Positions 15,989 through 26,291 of a stretch of DNA of 64,000 nucleotides are shown piece by piece. The notes beneath the pieces are model-generated. The model did no database searches and was not told where the DNA came from. It saw only the letters and a list, made by a program, of their open reading frames with translations. The stretch covers positions 189,922 through 253,921 of the IMG/VR virus record IMGVR_UViG_3300041411_000129; one strand, 5' to 3'. The translations under genes and the position numbers were made by a program. Within the stretch, counting starts at the first letter, position 1. Every line of letters begins with the position of its first letter.

Positions 15989-16318
15989 ATGTCTAAATCG
16001 ACAGTAGTTCCAGCAGAAGTATTGGCCAATCTGCAAACCGAAGAAGGTAAAGCAGGTGGTTTCTACGTCATCGCCCACCAAGGCGAAGATGTGATGACCG
16101 TGATCGTGAAAGACAACGTGCTGGTTCAGATTCCTCTCCACACTGGCGAAGAAGTTCAAGGTAATGGTTCCAACGCCTCTACCCCAACACCTCACCCGAT
16201 CGGCACCAAAGTCTGGTTCAGCGCCGAAGGTAAACTGCTGGATGTTCAGATCCCTAGGTTCGCTCAGCCGAAAGCTTCGAAAGCCCAAGGCTGCGACACC
16301 CCGCGTAAGCAGGCCTAA
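15989..16318 (+). CDS. hypothetical protein (putative early gene)
   Basis: Early-type motif 15927-15944; AAGGA SD. Confidence 0.7.
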   Translation: MSKSTVVPAEVLANLQTEEGKAGGFYVIAHQGEDVMTVIVKDNVLVQIPLHTGEEVQGNGSNASTPTPHPIGTKVWFSAEGKLLDVQIPRFAQPKASKAQGCDTPRKQA

Positions 16319-16386
16319 GCAATAGTACATGGCAGGGGTCATTCCCTGCCATGTATGCCCTTTATTTTTGACATGAGGAGGATGTG

Positions 16387-16914
16387 ATGTCCGTAGTAAT
16401 TTATTCAGATGGTGTCTTAGGCGCCGATCGTCGGTGTGTTATCGCTGGCGGTAGTTGGAACGTTTCTCAGCAACCAATGCAGAAAGTACACACTCATAGC
16501 TCGAAGACTTTCGCTATGGCCTCCGCTGGCCACATCCCTGGTCCTCGTGGCATGAAGATCATCATGGATACGATCCATGGGATGCTGCTTCGGTTCTTCT
16601 TGGAGGAATCCCAAGAGTCGATGGAGATGACGCCAGATATCAAGGCCAAACTCTTCTCGGAAACCCGCACCAGTATCTTCGTCATGACGAAGACTGATGT
16701 CTGGCTCTTCCACAGAGATCAGCCGACGTGGATTGAGATCACTCACCACAATTACTACTCAGGTAATGGTTCTCCTGCGGCGGCTGTATGTATCGCTGCT
16801 GGCCTGACCGTCATCCAAGCGCTTAACGAAATCCCTTACGTCTCTGCTGAAGTTGGGGATGGATACGATACCGTTAAAGCAACCGCCCTCAAACTGATGC
16901 AAGTGGAGAAGTAA
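16387..16914 (+). CDS. Ntn-hydrolase/HslV-like protein (tentative)
   Basis: MSVVIYSDGVLGADRR N-terminus resembles proteasome-beta/HslV-like phage proteins. Confidence 0.4.
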   Translation: MSVVIYSDGVLGADRRCVIAGGSWNVSQQPMQKVHTHSSKTFAMASAGHIPGPRGMKIIMDTIHGMLLRFFLEESQESMEMTPDIKAKLFSETRTSIFVMTKTDVWLFHRDQPTWIEITHHNYYSGNGSPAAAVCIAAGLTVIQALNEIPYVSAEVGDGYDTVKATALKLMQVEK

Positions 16915-16915
16915 C

Positions 16916-17488
16916 GTGGCTAACGTCTGCGCTATCTACAATGATGAGTTGTACGTTGCCACAACTCTCAAGAAACCAAACGGCCTTCTTGCCACCTTCC
17001 CGCTTGAAAGTCTGTACTGCCGCTACGGCATGATCCTACCTACCGAGTATCTGTCGCTGAACTTGATCGACGTTCTCAACGGTACGACTAGTCATCACTT
17101 CAGCGGTGACGTTGCCATCCTCGGCTGCCTGCTCACGCATGAAGGTGTTGTCTACGAGTACTACCTCGGTAACCTCACCCACAATGACGTCGGTGATAGC
17201 AGTATCAGGATGCGCCGTATTCCGACTGGTGAGGGTGTTCGCTTCGTTAAGTCCAACGGTGCGCGTACGGAAGAGCAAGTGCAGATGTTGATGCGCCTAC
17301 TCGACATCGGCAAGATCAAGTCAATGCTCCATGGCTTTGAAATCCTCCACAAGGCTTCTCCAGGCCATTCACCTGAAATGAATAAGCTGAACGTCAAGGC
17401 CGTTATGGCGGAGCTGGTCGCAAAAGGCTTCACTGATCCGATCCCATCCACTATTGTCTTCCACGACATCATGACTCCAAAGGAATAA
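16916..17488 (+). CDS. hypothetical protein
   Basis: GGAG SD, GTG start. Confidence 0.7.
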   Translation: MANVCAIYNDELYVATTLKKPNGLLATFPLESLYCRYGMILPTEYLSLNLIDVLNGTTSHHFSGDVAILGCLLTHEGVVYEYYLGNLTHNDVGDSSIRMRRIPTGEGVRFVKSNGARTEEQVQMLMRLLDIGKIKSMLHGFEILHKASPGHSPEMNKLNVKAVMAELVAKGFTDPIPSTIVFHDIMTPKE

Positions 17489-17491
17489 AGC

Positions 17492-18340
17492 ATGCTCTGC
17501 TGCTACCACGCCCACTGTGTTGATGGTTTGGTAAGTGCTTGGGTAGTATCCAAGTTCGCTACCAAAGAAAAGATCGAAGACATTCGTTACGTGCCATGCG
17601 TTTATAACGATGGCGTTGTTCCTGAAGTGATCAAGGGCGAGACTGTCCTGATCGTTGACTTCTCTTTCGATCCTGAAGTTCTGGTCGAGATGTGTAAGGT
17701 TGCCAGGGCTGTGGTTCTGATTGACCATCACGAATCGGCCATCCGGAAGATCTGGGCGTACTTCGACAATCATCCGATCCCACGTAATCTGGATTTGCGG
17801 CTGAACGAGAAACTGTCTGGCGCAGGTGGTACATGGAACTTCCTATTCCCAAGCGCTGCGATGCCGGTCATGGTGGCTGTTGCTCAGGACTACGATCTGT
17901 GGTTGTTCAACTACCCACATACCCGCGCAGTCATGGCCGGTATCAAGGGTAAACCTCAGACCTTCGAAACACTGGATTGGGTAAGTCACAATCTGGACGA
18001 CTGTATCGCTCTGGGTCAACCTCTCGTAGATAAAGAAGACGAGATGATTGCGACCCACGTCCGTGATGCGGTCATGGTGGAGTTCGAGGGTTACACCGTC
18101 CCTATGGCCAACGTACCTCGCTACATCCACAGCCTGGCTGGTCACGAGTTGGCTAAGAACAATCCATTCTGCATCACGTACTTCGATAACGGTACTGTAC
18201 GTGAGTTCAGTCTGCGCTCCAATCGCGAAACCGGCCTGATCGTCAATACCCTCGCCGAGAAGTACGGTGGCGGTGGACACCCCCACGCTGCTGGCTTCCG
18301 TGTACCTCTCCCTAACCCGCTTGAAGGAATTAAAGCATGA
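17492..18340 (+). CDS. DHH/DHHA1 family phosphoesterase
   Basis: YHAHCVDG, IVDFS, IDHH, GGGHPHAAGF motifs. Confidence 0.9.
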   Translation: MLCCYHAHCVDGLVSAWVVSKFATKEKIEDIRYVPCVYNDGVVPEVIKGETVLIVDFSFDPEVLVEMCKVARAVVLIDHHESAIRKIWAYFDNHPIPRNLDLRLNEKLSGAGGTWNFLFPSAAMPVMVAVAQDYDLWLFNYPHTRAVMAGIKGKPQTFETLDWVSHNLDDCIALGQPLVDKEDEMIATHVRDAVMVEFEGYTVPMANVPRYIHSLAGHELAKNNPFCITYFDNGTVREFSLRSNRETGLIVNTLAEKYGGGGHPHAAGFRVPLPNPLEGIKA

Positions 18341-18987
18341 GTGAAGTTACAACCTCCCTGCCAACGAAACTTCCTCGCATCGACCTCACTTGCGAGAATA
18401 ATGAAGACATCCAGTTCGTCGGTAAGATTGCGCGGCATAAAGACGGGTACATCACCCAGACGATGGAAGAACTGATCAGGGATGTTTACTACGACGTCTA
18501 TCCGCAGAGTGGTCAGCCGGCAATTCTCGGCGTAATCAGCGTCAGCAGTGACTACATCGATCTCCCAGAAGATCCAATGATCGAAGTAGTCATCGAAACC
18601 CTGCGTGGTACTGCGCTGGACTACGCGGTTGCTGAAGCGTTGGAATGGATAGCTCCTCGTGCAGAAGGCGGTAAACTCACCTTCACCAGCGGTGCGGTGT
18701 ACGAGGACAAGTCCTACGGTGAGAAGTTTGCCCCATCCTGCTCCGATTCCATCACATCGTACTTCATCAACAAGCATCAGTTGAGCGTAACGTGGGTGCC
18801 TATCGATCGTGGGAATGAGGCTGGTAAAAAGGTTCCTCTCATTGGTGTGCGGGAGCAGTCCACACACCACGGCGCTACCGGCGATACGTTACCGGAAGCT
18901 GTAGCGCGTTACATAGTGAAGTCAGCTACTCCACGTCCATACGTGTCCATCCCGTACTCTCTACTCGGCCACATCGACGCTGAGTAA
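18337..18987 (+). CDS. NinX/DUF2591-like domain protein
   Basis: LRGTALDYAVAEA...FAPS...GDTLPEAVARYIV pattern. Confidence 0.5.
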   Translation: MSEVTTSLPTKLPRIDLTCENNEDIQFVGKIARHKDGYITQTMEELIRDVYYDVYPQSGQPAILGVISVSSDYIDLPEDPMIEVVIETLRGTALDYAVAEALEWIAPRAEGGKLTFTSGAVYEDKSYGEKFAPSCSDSITSYFINKHQLSVTWVPIDRGNEAGKKVPLIGVREQSTHHGATGDTLPEAVARYIVKSATPRPYVSIPYSLLGHIDAE

Positions 18988-19052
18988 GTAATAACCCAGG
19001 ACAGTTATCATGTGCTAACTGTCCTGATTGTCCTCAACATGGGAAAGTAAAT

Positions 19053-20216
19053 ATGTCTTTGGTAATTGCTGACGAAGGTCCGTTCATCAAGGTTGATCAC
19101 ATCAACTTCAAGAATCGCATCGAGAAGATTCCTGGTGGCGTTTACAAGGTTGGTGTCGTTGACGAAGAGCCGGTCCTGGTAAAGGATCGCGAGAAGTTCG
19201 ATCTTCCGAAACGCATCTACGGTAAACACGAAGCTTACAAGAACGCTGTAGTTCGTAAGTTCCGTGAAACCAAAGGTACGCTCGGCGTACTGATGGACGG
19301 CCTGAAGGGTACTGGTAAGTCGTTGCTGGCTGAAGGTATCTGCAACAAGCTGATCGAAACCGACATGCCGATCCTGCTGGTATCGGACTCCGTCTCGCCG
19401 TCGTTGCTCAAGCACTTCATCGAAGCGATGGGTCCATGCGCGATCTACTTCGACGAGTTCGGCAAGTTCTACAAGGAAGAAGCTCGTGACAAGATGCTCA
19501 CGCTCTTTTCCGACTCCAGCCTGAAGCAAGTCATGTTCATCGTGACATCGAACCACACCGGCGAACTGACGGACGCCATGGTTCACCGTCCTGGCCGTTT
19601 CTTCTACAAGTTCAACTACAAAGGCTTGGAAGAAGAAGAGATCCTCGAGATCATCGAAGACAACAAGATCGAACCCGCGGTCTTGGCGTACATGCTCGAC
19701 TACTGCAAGTATCACCAGTGCAGCTTCGACGTGGTGCGTGTCTTGATCGGTTGCGCATTCAACATGCCGACTGTCGAGAAATACATCGAGGAACTGAAGA
19801 TCCACAACGTTCCTAACCAGGTATACACGCAGTACCGTGTATCTGAAGTGATGTACAAGGGTGATAAGTTCGAAGGCGACATCACTGTCTCCGAAGAGAA
19901 CGGTATCCTGAAGATCGCTCTGCGTGACAAACTCACGACGGACGTGATCGAAGAATGCACCTTCGAATGGACCAAGGCTGATAAGGTTCCACTCGGCAAG
20001 GGCGGTACTGAATATCGCATCAAGCTGTCCGACACATTGACCGTCAAGATTGATCGTACTGTATCGAGTTGGAAAGCCAATGGCGTCGTACTGGATCTGC
20101 CGATGAGCTTCGAGAAAGGTGCTGGTCGCGGTTTAAAGCGCCAACGCCGCCGTGGCTTCGGCGAAGGCGATTACCCCCAGGGTCATCCTCTTCACGATGG
20201 TGACGATGACTGCTAA
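19053..20216 (+). CDS. AAA+ ATPase
   Basis: GLKGTGKS, IYFDEF, VTSN, RPGRF. Confidence 0.9.
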   Translation: MSLVIADEGPFIKVDHINFKNRIEKIPGGVYKVGVVDEEPVLVKDREKFDLPKRIYGKHEAYKNAVVRKFRETKGTLGVLMDGLKGTGKSLLAEGICNKLIETDMPILLVSDSVSPSLLKHFIEAMGPCAIYFDEFGKFYKEEARDKMLTLFSDSSLKQVMFIVTSNHTGELTDAMVHRPGRFFYKFNYKGLEEEEILEIIEDNKIEPAVLAYMLDYCKYHQCSFDVVRVLIGCAFNMPTVEKYIEELKIHNVPNQVYTQYRVSEVMYKGDKFEGDITVSEENGILKIALRDKLTTDVIEECTFEWTKADKVPLGKGGTEYRIKLSDTLTVKIDRTVSSWKANGVVLDLPMSFEKGAGRGLKRQRRRGFGEGDYPQGHPLHDGDDDC

Positions 20217-20319
20217 GTAATAGCCGGGACTTCGGTCCCGGCTATATGCCGCATTGCAATTAATTAAAGCCACACATTGTAAACTCGCTATACTCCCATC
20301 CACCAACGAGGGTCGTAAA

Positions 20320-20727
20320 ATGAGCGGCTCGAGAAACACCAGTATACTGGATAAGGCAGAAGATGCAGTAGTCTATCTTTACAAGTTGTTCAATTACGCA
20401 ACCCACCCTCGACGTAAAGTAGTTGTAGTTGTAGAGCAACCTCGGGCGAAACCTGAAGTACGCCCAACGCCACCACCAGACGTGGAGCAATCTGAAAATG
20501 AACGCAATGGTTCGGATAGTGGCACGCGCCATGAACGCCGAAGGGAGGACATACGACGCCGAAGGGAGAAAAATATCCAAGAGCATCGTGCGCACATACG
20601 CGCACTTCGCGAAGAAAGGGAAGACCTTCTTAAATACGGCGTTGAAATTGACCGCCTTCTGCACGACCAAGAAACAGAACTAAAACAAGAGGGTCACGAT
20701 GTTAACAATCTTGACCTTAAAGATTAA
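20320..20727 (+). CDS. hypothetical protein (coiled coil)
   Basis: Early-type motif 20263-20280; ATG 20320. Confidence 0.6.
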   Translation: MSGSRNTSILDKAEDAVVYLYKLFNYATHPRRKVVVVVEQPRAKPEVRPTPPPDVEQSENERNGSDSGTRHERRREDIRRRREKNIQEHRAHIRALREEREDLLKYGVEIDRLLHDQETELKQEGHDVNNLDLKD

Positions 20728-20750
20728 CCGACGAAGTAAGGGGTAGTTAC

Positions 20751-21077
20751 ATGTCGATCGCAAGCGTCATTACCAAGGTTGGAGCAATCGCCACTGTAGG
20801 AGCTGGTGGCTATTGGCTGTATAAGAAACTTCGTGCGGCTTCATCCGAGATCTCGGCGGAAGAGCGTCTGCGTGAGCTCAACGAAGAGCTTAACAAAAGC
20901 TGGAAGATTTTGAGCAGCTGTGCCAAAGCCGCCTCGAAGGAGTCGGTAAAGGGAGATTGGCTGACGGAATACGACCACCTTCGCGACCGCATGACCGGCC
21001 CACGGGATAACTATCAAGTAGTTGCCCAGCTCCTCAACGACATCAATCTACTCGTAGAGCGTGTCGTTAGCCTGTAA
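20751..21077 (+). CDS. membrane-anchored hypothetical protein
   Basis: N-terminal hydrophobic helix. Confidence 0.7.
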   Translation: MSIASVITKVGAIATVGAGGYWLYKKLRAASSEISAEERLRELNEELNKSWKILSSCAKAASKESVKGDWLTEYDHLRDRMTGPRDNYQVVAQLLNDINLLVERVVSL

Positions 21078-21128
21078 ACAAACATAACGGCGGGGTTTCT
21101 CCCCGCCCACTTCTAAGTAAGGATACAC

Positions 21129-21494
21129 ATGAAATACCTAACAGCACTCGCGCTCGTTCTCTTCGCATCCGCAGCAACCGCAACTGAAAACCCATTCTCC
21201 AACGGTGATGAAACCTCCCAACACGAAATCACCGAGAACACCTGCAAAATGCTGGAAGCGATTGGTCGATCTGCTGTTGATGCTAAATCCAAAGGGGTTA
21301 TCGAATCAACGGTAATCGCCGGGCTCATCAAACCAAGACACATGGAGTCCCCGGCATTCCGGGCTATGTTCCCGGAGATCATTACGATGGTCCACGAGAT
21401 CTACGAAATGGATGGTGACGCTAACCCTATCTCAGATGTTCACTTTGCGGACTGTGAGAAAAGTGTTGGCCGATTTCTTATTTACTACAACTGA
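21129..21494 (+). CDS. secreted/periplasmic hypothetical protein
   Basis: Sec signal peptide MKYLTALALVLFASAATA. Confidence 0.7.
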   Translation: MKYLTALALVLFASAATATENPFSNGDETSQHEITENTCKMLEAIGRSAVDAKSKGVIESTVIAGLIKPRHMESPAFRAMFPEIITMVHEIYEMDGDANPISDVHFADCEKSVGRFLIYYN

Positions 21495-21506
21495 AGGAAT
21501 ACAGTA

Positions 21507-21956
21507 ATGCTCAAAGGTCCTATCGTACAGAAAGAAGTACTTGCCGGTAGCACGGCGTTGAAAGTCTGCTCCAGCGTCGCTAAGTCTGGTGCTTTGGCCC
21601 AGTCCATCTGCGCACTGGATAACTCCAAGATCGGGACGAAGTTCTCTTTCGTCTATGATAAGCCGTTCAAGAAAGGCGAGACAGGTATCATCATCGCCAC
21701 AAGTCGTGGATGGATCGCACTCTCAATGCAGCAGGAGATCCTCGGCATTTCCACTAACTGGTCAGGTACAGACCTCTTCTTGAATGAAGAGTTCACCGAT
21801 CAGTTCAAAGATGTCATCATGGTCGGCCTCCCATCAATCACAATGGCTAAGCTCATGGACTTGTCCACCGAAGATGCCCCTAAGGCTATCCGGATCTGGA
21901 AGTCCATCGCAATCGCCGTTCACGAAGGCATCACAGCCTTTACGGAAATCGAATGA
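21507..21956 (+). CDS. hypothetical protein
   Basis: AAGGA SD; followed by terminator. Confidence 0.7.
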   Translation: MLKGPIVQKEVLAGSTALKVCSSVAKSGALAQSICALDNSKIGTKFSFVYDKPFKKGETGIIIATSRGWIALSMQQEILGISTNWSGTDLFLNEEFTDQFKDVIMVGLPSITMAKLMDLSTEDAPKAIRIWKSIAIAVHEGITAFTEIE

Positions 21957-22095
21957 TTTATAATACGCTACGGAGGGTAACACCTCCGTAGCCCTCATTC
22001 TTTTTTTTTGGTTAAAAAGATACAGGCAGTATAAATATTTTAGGCAACACATTACAGACTTGATACACATCCCTTAATCAATTGGAGTTACATCG

Positions 22096-22401
22096 ATGTC
22101 CAAGCCTGAAGTTACTAACGTCTACGAGATCAACAGCATCGAAGAACTGGCTGGTCTGATCACCAAGGTTAATACCGTGGTACAAGACAAGGGCGGCGTT
22201 ATCGAAACCACCATCACTATCGGTGGTGAAGAGTTCATGGCCCGTTCCGAGAACTACCAGAAGACCGGCGAAACCGGCGAAGTTCTTGCACGTATCTGCG
22301 AGAACATGAAAGACGCACTGACCGCTGCCCTTGACGCTATCGTCAAAGACGGCGAAGTGTACATCGAAGGCGTGCAGTTGGTCTTCGTCGGGGAGATGTA
22401 A
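22096..22401 (+). CDS. hypothetical protein (putative early gene)
   Basis: Early-type motif 22038-22066; GGAG SD. Confidence 0.75.
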   Translation: MSKPEVTNVYEINSIEELAGLITKVNTVVQDKGGVIETTITIGGEEFMARSENYQKTGETGEVLARICENMKDALTAALDAIVKDGEVYIEGVQLVFVGEM

Positions 22402-22404
22402 GTA

Positions 22405-22584
22405 ATGGGGGAGTTGATAGCCTTTGGTATTATCACCTACCTCCTAGCTCTGGTTCAAGGATTCCTGATTGATCTGCGACCTGTTCGCCGCACCTATTAC
22501 GAGCCCAAGAATCGGAGACCCCTCCCAACCAAAGTTCCGACTGCTCCGCCTCCGATACCGAGGAGATGTAAATGTGCTGGTTAA
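22405..22584 (+). CDS. 59-aa membrane peptide (not in ORF track)
   Basis: MGELIAFGIITYLLALVQGFLIDL... after GGGAG. Confidence 0.45.
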   Translation: MGELIAFGIITYLLALVQGFLIDLRPVRRTYYEPKNRRPLPTKVPTAPPPIPRRCKCAG

Positions 22585-22682
22585 CCCCAGAACTTGTAAC
22601 GGCGTTCAAACCAATTGCCTGGGCGTTCGCACTATCCATCGTCGGTTTCGGCGTGGCTAAGTACGGACACCACTGGCTGTAA
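22572..22682 (+). CDS. 36-aa membrane peptide (not in ORF track)
   Basis: GAGGAG SD; MCWLTPELVTAFKPIAWAFALSIVGFGVAKYGHHWL. Confidence 0.5.
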   Translation: MCWLTPELVTAFKPIAWAFALSIVGFGVAKYGHHWL

Positions 22683-22719
22683 ACAATAAACCCCGCAACA
22701 TCCATTAGTGAGTGTAATA

Positions 22720-23610
22720 ATGAAAAAGATGATTCTCGCTGGTCTGGCCATGATGGCCGTTTCGTTCGGTGCAATGGCCGATGTTAAGCAATTGAACTTC
22801 TGCACTGGTGCCGAGGGTGGTTTCTACGACTCCTTCGGTCACCAGCTTGGTGGCGACATCAAGAAGCAATCCAAAGGCCTGGCCACCGTCGACTACCTGA
22901 CCACTGAAGGTTCGGTATCCTCGGCAAGTATGCTGAAGTCCGGCGAATGCAATATCGCCCTGCTGCAAGCAGACGCGGTGATCTCCCGTCCGATGCCTTC
23001 GGACATCGCCCTGTCTGACGCGCACTCCGAAGCGATCTTCTGGTTGCACGGCAAAACCGGGGTCAAAGACTTCGACGACATGAGCGATGACGAGAACAAG
23101 AACTACGGTGTTGCCATCGTATCTGGTTCTGGTGCTGAAGTGACCCTGCGTAACTTCGGTAACGTCGACAAGAAGTTCAAGAACCTTAACATCATCACTT
23201 TCGATGATTGGTTCTCCGCCGCCAAAGCTACAGCTGAAGGCAAGATCCGCCGTGCTGGTAATGACATCATTATCGCTGGCATGATCTACGTCGGCCGTAT
23301 GGGTAACATCTCTTCTGAAATCACCGGTGACTTCAAGGACGACCTGACCATCGGCGAAATCGACGTCAGCTCTTTCAGCGACGTGAAGGATGGGAACAAT
23401 AACCCACTCTACACCAAGTGCAAAGTCGAGAAGACTAACGGCATCAAGACTGATACCTGGGGTGATCCTGTAACTTACTGCGTCCGCGCGCAAGTGGTTT
23501 ACAACAACGAGATCTTCACCGACATGCCTGTCAAAGATGCGCGCGAACTGCGTAAGTCGATGGACAAAGCAATCGTGCAGAACATCCGTCAGCAACAAGC
23601 TGCTAAGTAA
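22720..23610 (+). CDS. TAXI-family TRAP-type periplasmic solute-binding protein-like
   Basis: Signal peptide; TGAEGGFY, TEGSV, IALLQAD and SGSGAEVT motifs. Confidence 0.65.
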   Translation: MKKMILAGLAMMAVSFGAMADVKQLNFCTGAEGGFYDSFGHQLGGDIKKQSKGLATVDYLTTEGSVSSASMLKSGECNIALLQADAVISRPMPSDIALSDAHSEAIFWLHGKTGVKDFDDMSDDENKNYGVAIVSGSGAEVTLRNFGNVDKKFKNLNIITFDDWFSAAKATAEGKIRRAGNDIIIAGMIYVGRMGNISSEITGDFKDDLTIGEIDVSSFSDVKDGNNNPLYTKCKVEKTNGIKTDTWGDPVTYCVRAQVVYNNEIFTDMPVKDARELRKSMDKAIVQNIRQQQAAK

Positions 23611-23687
23611 CACGCGGCCAGCGGGGAAGGGAAACCTCCCCGCTTTTACTTACACTTTATTTTTTCTGTATAGACCAGGAGTTGTAA

Positions 23688-25331
23688 ATGGAATCTGTAT
23701 CTAAAGCGGTCGTGGATAAATCCGGCGCTACTTTCTCTGAATTGAATGCCGTCGTCCAGGCTACTTTCAACAAGAACATGGCGGCTCACGGCCCTAAGTT
23801 GTTCGTCGTTTCTATCCCTAACCCGGAAGAGCTGGCCAAGCCAATGTTCGCTCAGTACCTCGCGGGTTTCCCGGAAGAAGGTCGTCAACATCACAACTGC
23901 CGTTGCTGCTCGCAGTTCATCCATCGCTTCGGTGATCTGGCATTCGTCAGCTCCACCGGTGAGTTGGTATCGGCATTGTGGGATGCCGCTGCTGTACCTG
24001 ATGAGTTCAAGGACTCCGTCGCACGCATGCAGCAAGCTGTAGAGCGTAGCGTGGAAATCCTCCACCCGTTCACCGAAGTCCCAGGCAACATTCTGGGTAT
24101 CGCTGAAACCAACGGTTGGAACCACTTCCAGATCAAGCACCCAGATCTGAAAGAAGTCGAAAAAGACAAGTACGGCGAACTGCGTGGTCAGGGTATCGAG
24201 AAGCACGAACAACTGACCAAGGTCCTCGACACGTACCCGGCCGTTGTTATCCGCGATGCAGCTCACCTGCTGCAAGGCGATATCCTCAACATGGCGCACA
24301 AGTACCGTCACGTTGCTGAGCGTCTGCTGTCCTTCGCAACCATGCTCGAGAACATCAAGAACCTCAAGCACCGCTCCAACCTGATCTGGCGCGAATCGGC
24401 CAGCGTCGGTGAAACGCAGACTCACACCTGCGGTAACGTGTTGGGTCGTCTGATGGACGATATCGCTAAAGGTTACAGCACCGCCAGCGTTATCCGCAAT
24501 TCCAACGAAATGACTCGGAAGGAAGTGTACCAGCGTGTAGTGGCGGCGCCTACCCAAGGCAACGTGCAAGTGGCTATCAAGATCATGACCGAGTTGGGTA
24601 TGACCGAAGATGACCTGATGCGTCGTGCGGCCCGTCTGGAAGAGATCGAAACCTTCTGGAAGCCAACCGAAGCCAAGGAGCCTGAAGCCAAACCTGCTAG
24701 CATGTTCGCTGACCTTGTAACCAAGGAAGCCGAAGCCAAGCCTCAGGACAAGCCTCTGATCGCCCCTGAAGTGAAAGTGACTCTGCGTACCTTCATGGAA
24801 GAAGTGATCAACAAGGGCAAAGCCCTGTCGATGCAGATGTACATCTCGGCAGCTCCACTCGCCGACATCAACTTCACCGCTCCAGTGAAAGAAGATGCTG
24901 GTCGTCTGTTCTGGTTCGACAACCACGAAGATCGTCGTGTACGTATCTCCTGGTTCACCAAGGACAAGCCACTCGCTCCACGCGACCTGGGTCTGAACAT
25001 TGGTAGCTGGGTGAATATCACGGCTCTGGCCGACGTTCCTCCGATGTGGTTCAGCGCTTCTAACCCGCGCTCGCAAGAGTTCTCGGTCTGTGCAGCGATT
25101 CTCGAAGGCGCACAGATGAAGCTGGACTGCACTATGTGTCTGTTCCCTGAACTGTTGCACCCTGAGCTGGCTGAAATCTCCCGTGTCATCGAAACGTTCT
25201 CCAAGAACCGCAAGTTGATCGACAGCGATAAAGGCACTACCACCGGTACGCCGTTGGGTCGTGGTTCACACCTGATCCGTGTAACTACGGCGCTGGGTAT
25301 CAGCACCTACCGTGTTGAAGGCTTGAAGTAA
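23688..25331 (+). CDS. large hypothetical protein with HHNCxCC motif
   Basis: 547 aa; AGGAG SD; QHHNCRCC and GWNHF. Confidence 0.8.
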   Translation: MESVSKAVVDKSGATFSELNAVVQATFNKNMAAHGPKLFVVSIPNPEELAKPMFAQYLAGFPEEGRQHHNCRCCSQFIHRFGDLAFVSSTGELVSALWDAAAVPDEFKDSVARMQQAVERSVEILHPFTEVPGNILGIAETNGWNHFQIKHPDLKEVEKDKYGELRGQGIEKHEQLTKVLDTYPAVVIRDAAHLLQGDILNMAHKYRHVAERLLSFATMLENIKNLKHRSNLIWRESASVGETQTHTCGNVLGRLMDDIAKGYSTASVIRNSNEMTRKEVYQRVVAAPTQGNVQVAIKIMTELGMTEDDLMRRAARLEEIETFWKPTEAKEPEAKPASMFADLVTKEAEAKPQDKPLIAPEVKVTLRTFMEEVINKGKALSMQMYISAAPLADINFTAPVKEDAGRLFWFDNHEDRRVRISWFTKDKPLAPRDLGLNIGSWVNITALADVPPMWFSASNPRSQEFSVCAAILEGAQMKLDCTMCLFPELLHPELAEISRVIETFSKNRKLIDSDKGTTTGTPLGRGSHLIRVTTALGISTYRVEGLK

Positions 25332-25418
25332 CACTGCGGCACATAGGGCGGGGAGAAATCCCCGCCTTTATGCTGTACATTTATATTCTCTACCCTCATT
25401 TATTAGAAGGACTTTATA

Positions 25419-25940
25419 ATGATCCAGATATTGCAGATTCGTAAGAAAGACGGCGAGACTTTCAGCGATCTTCGCGAAGAGTCTCAGATGAAAGCTCTCA
25501 AGCTGTTGCTCGAATGTGAGTTCGGTTTCGGCTGCACCGTTGTAAGTATCGGCGATACGGACGTCTCCGTACAGACGGAATTGATGGGTTGCGTGGATAC
25601 CACAGCTCTGACTGGCCCTAAAGAGGAGATGGCGCTGATCGTTAAAGCGACTGCCTACTACTCCCACATTAAGGATCAGATGTTCCTGCCAGAATACCGT
25701 AAGGACTTGGCTAAACACGTTCTGGAAATGACCGACGGTAATCCGCGGATTATCGCATTGGGTGCCGGGATGTTCGTAGGTGTCTCGTTCTTACGTGGTA
25801 CGCTGATTGCGATGTTGTGCGAAGACGATGTTCAGTACTTGCCCCGAATGCAGAAGCTAGACCAGCCTACGTTAATGGCAATGTTCGAGCTGAAGTTCGG
25901 TGACAAGATTCCGATGAATGAGATACTCGAGCTTGTATAA
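25419..25940 (+). CDS. hypothetical protein
   Basis: AAGGA SD. Confidence 0.7.
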   Translation: MIQILQIRKKDGETFSDLREESQMKALKLLLECEFGFGCTVVSIGDTDVSVQTELMGCVDTTALTGPKEEMALIVKATAYYSHIKDQMFLPEYRKDLAKHVLEMTDGNPRIIALGAGMFVGVSFLRGTLIAMLCEDDVQYLPRMQKLDQPTLMAMFELKFGDKIPMNEILELV

Positions 25941-26291
25941 ATGCATAAACCAGACCCAATCTCAGGGGACTATACGGCGCAGTGTCATTTCGCAATACTC
26001 GAGAACATCAATCTGACTGTACCGTGGTACTTGGCAGTCTCGATAGGGTATTACGAGTACGACACGTCGCTCATCACTGATGCGCTGTACGACCAGATGT
26101 CCATCATGATGAAGACGTTCTGGGGTGATATAAAACACAGGCATAAACACCTGATAGATTACGATGCATTGAAGGCAGGTACGGCTTACTACTTAAAGGA
26201 AACCGACATGCCGACAATCGTACAAGTAACAACAATTCAAATGGTCCGCGCGTATGACGCCGCATTACAATCGAGGTTGAGAGGGAAATGA
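25941..26291 (+). CDS. stand-alone NAD-dependent DNA ligase subdomain Ia-like protein
   Basis: YYEYDTSLITDALYDQM matches LigA Ia motif YY..D.P.ISD..YD.L. Confidence 0.55.
   Translation: MHKPDPISGDYTAQCHFAILENINLTVPWYLAVSIGYYEYDTSLITDALYDQMSIMMKTFWGDIKHRHKHLIDYDALKAGTAYYLKETDMPTIVQVTTIQMVRAYDAALQSRLRGK

Noticed and set aside
23646-25160. 504-aa - strand ORF (and similar shadows at 22705-23613, 27591-28682, 38420-39400)
   Set aside because: Mirror well-supported + strand genes; no independent signals
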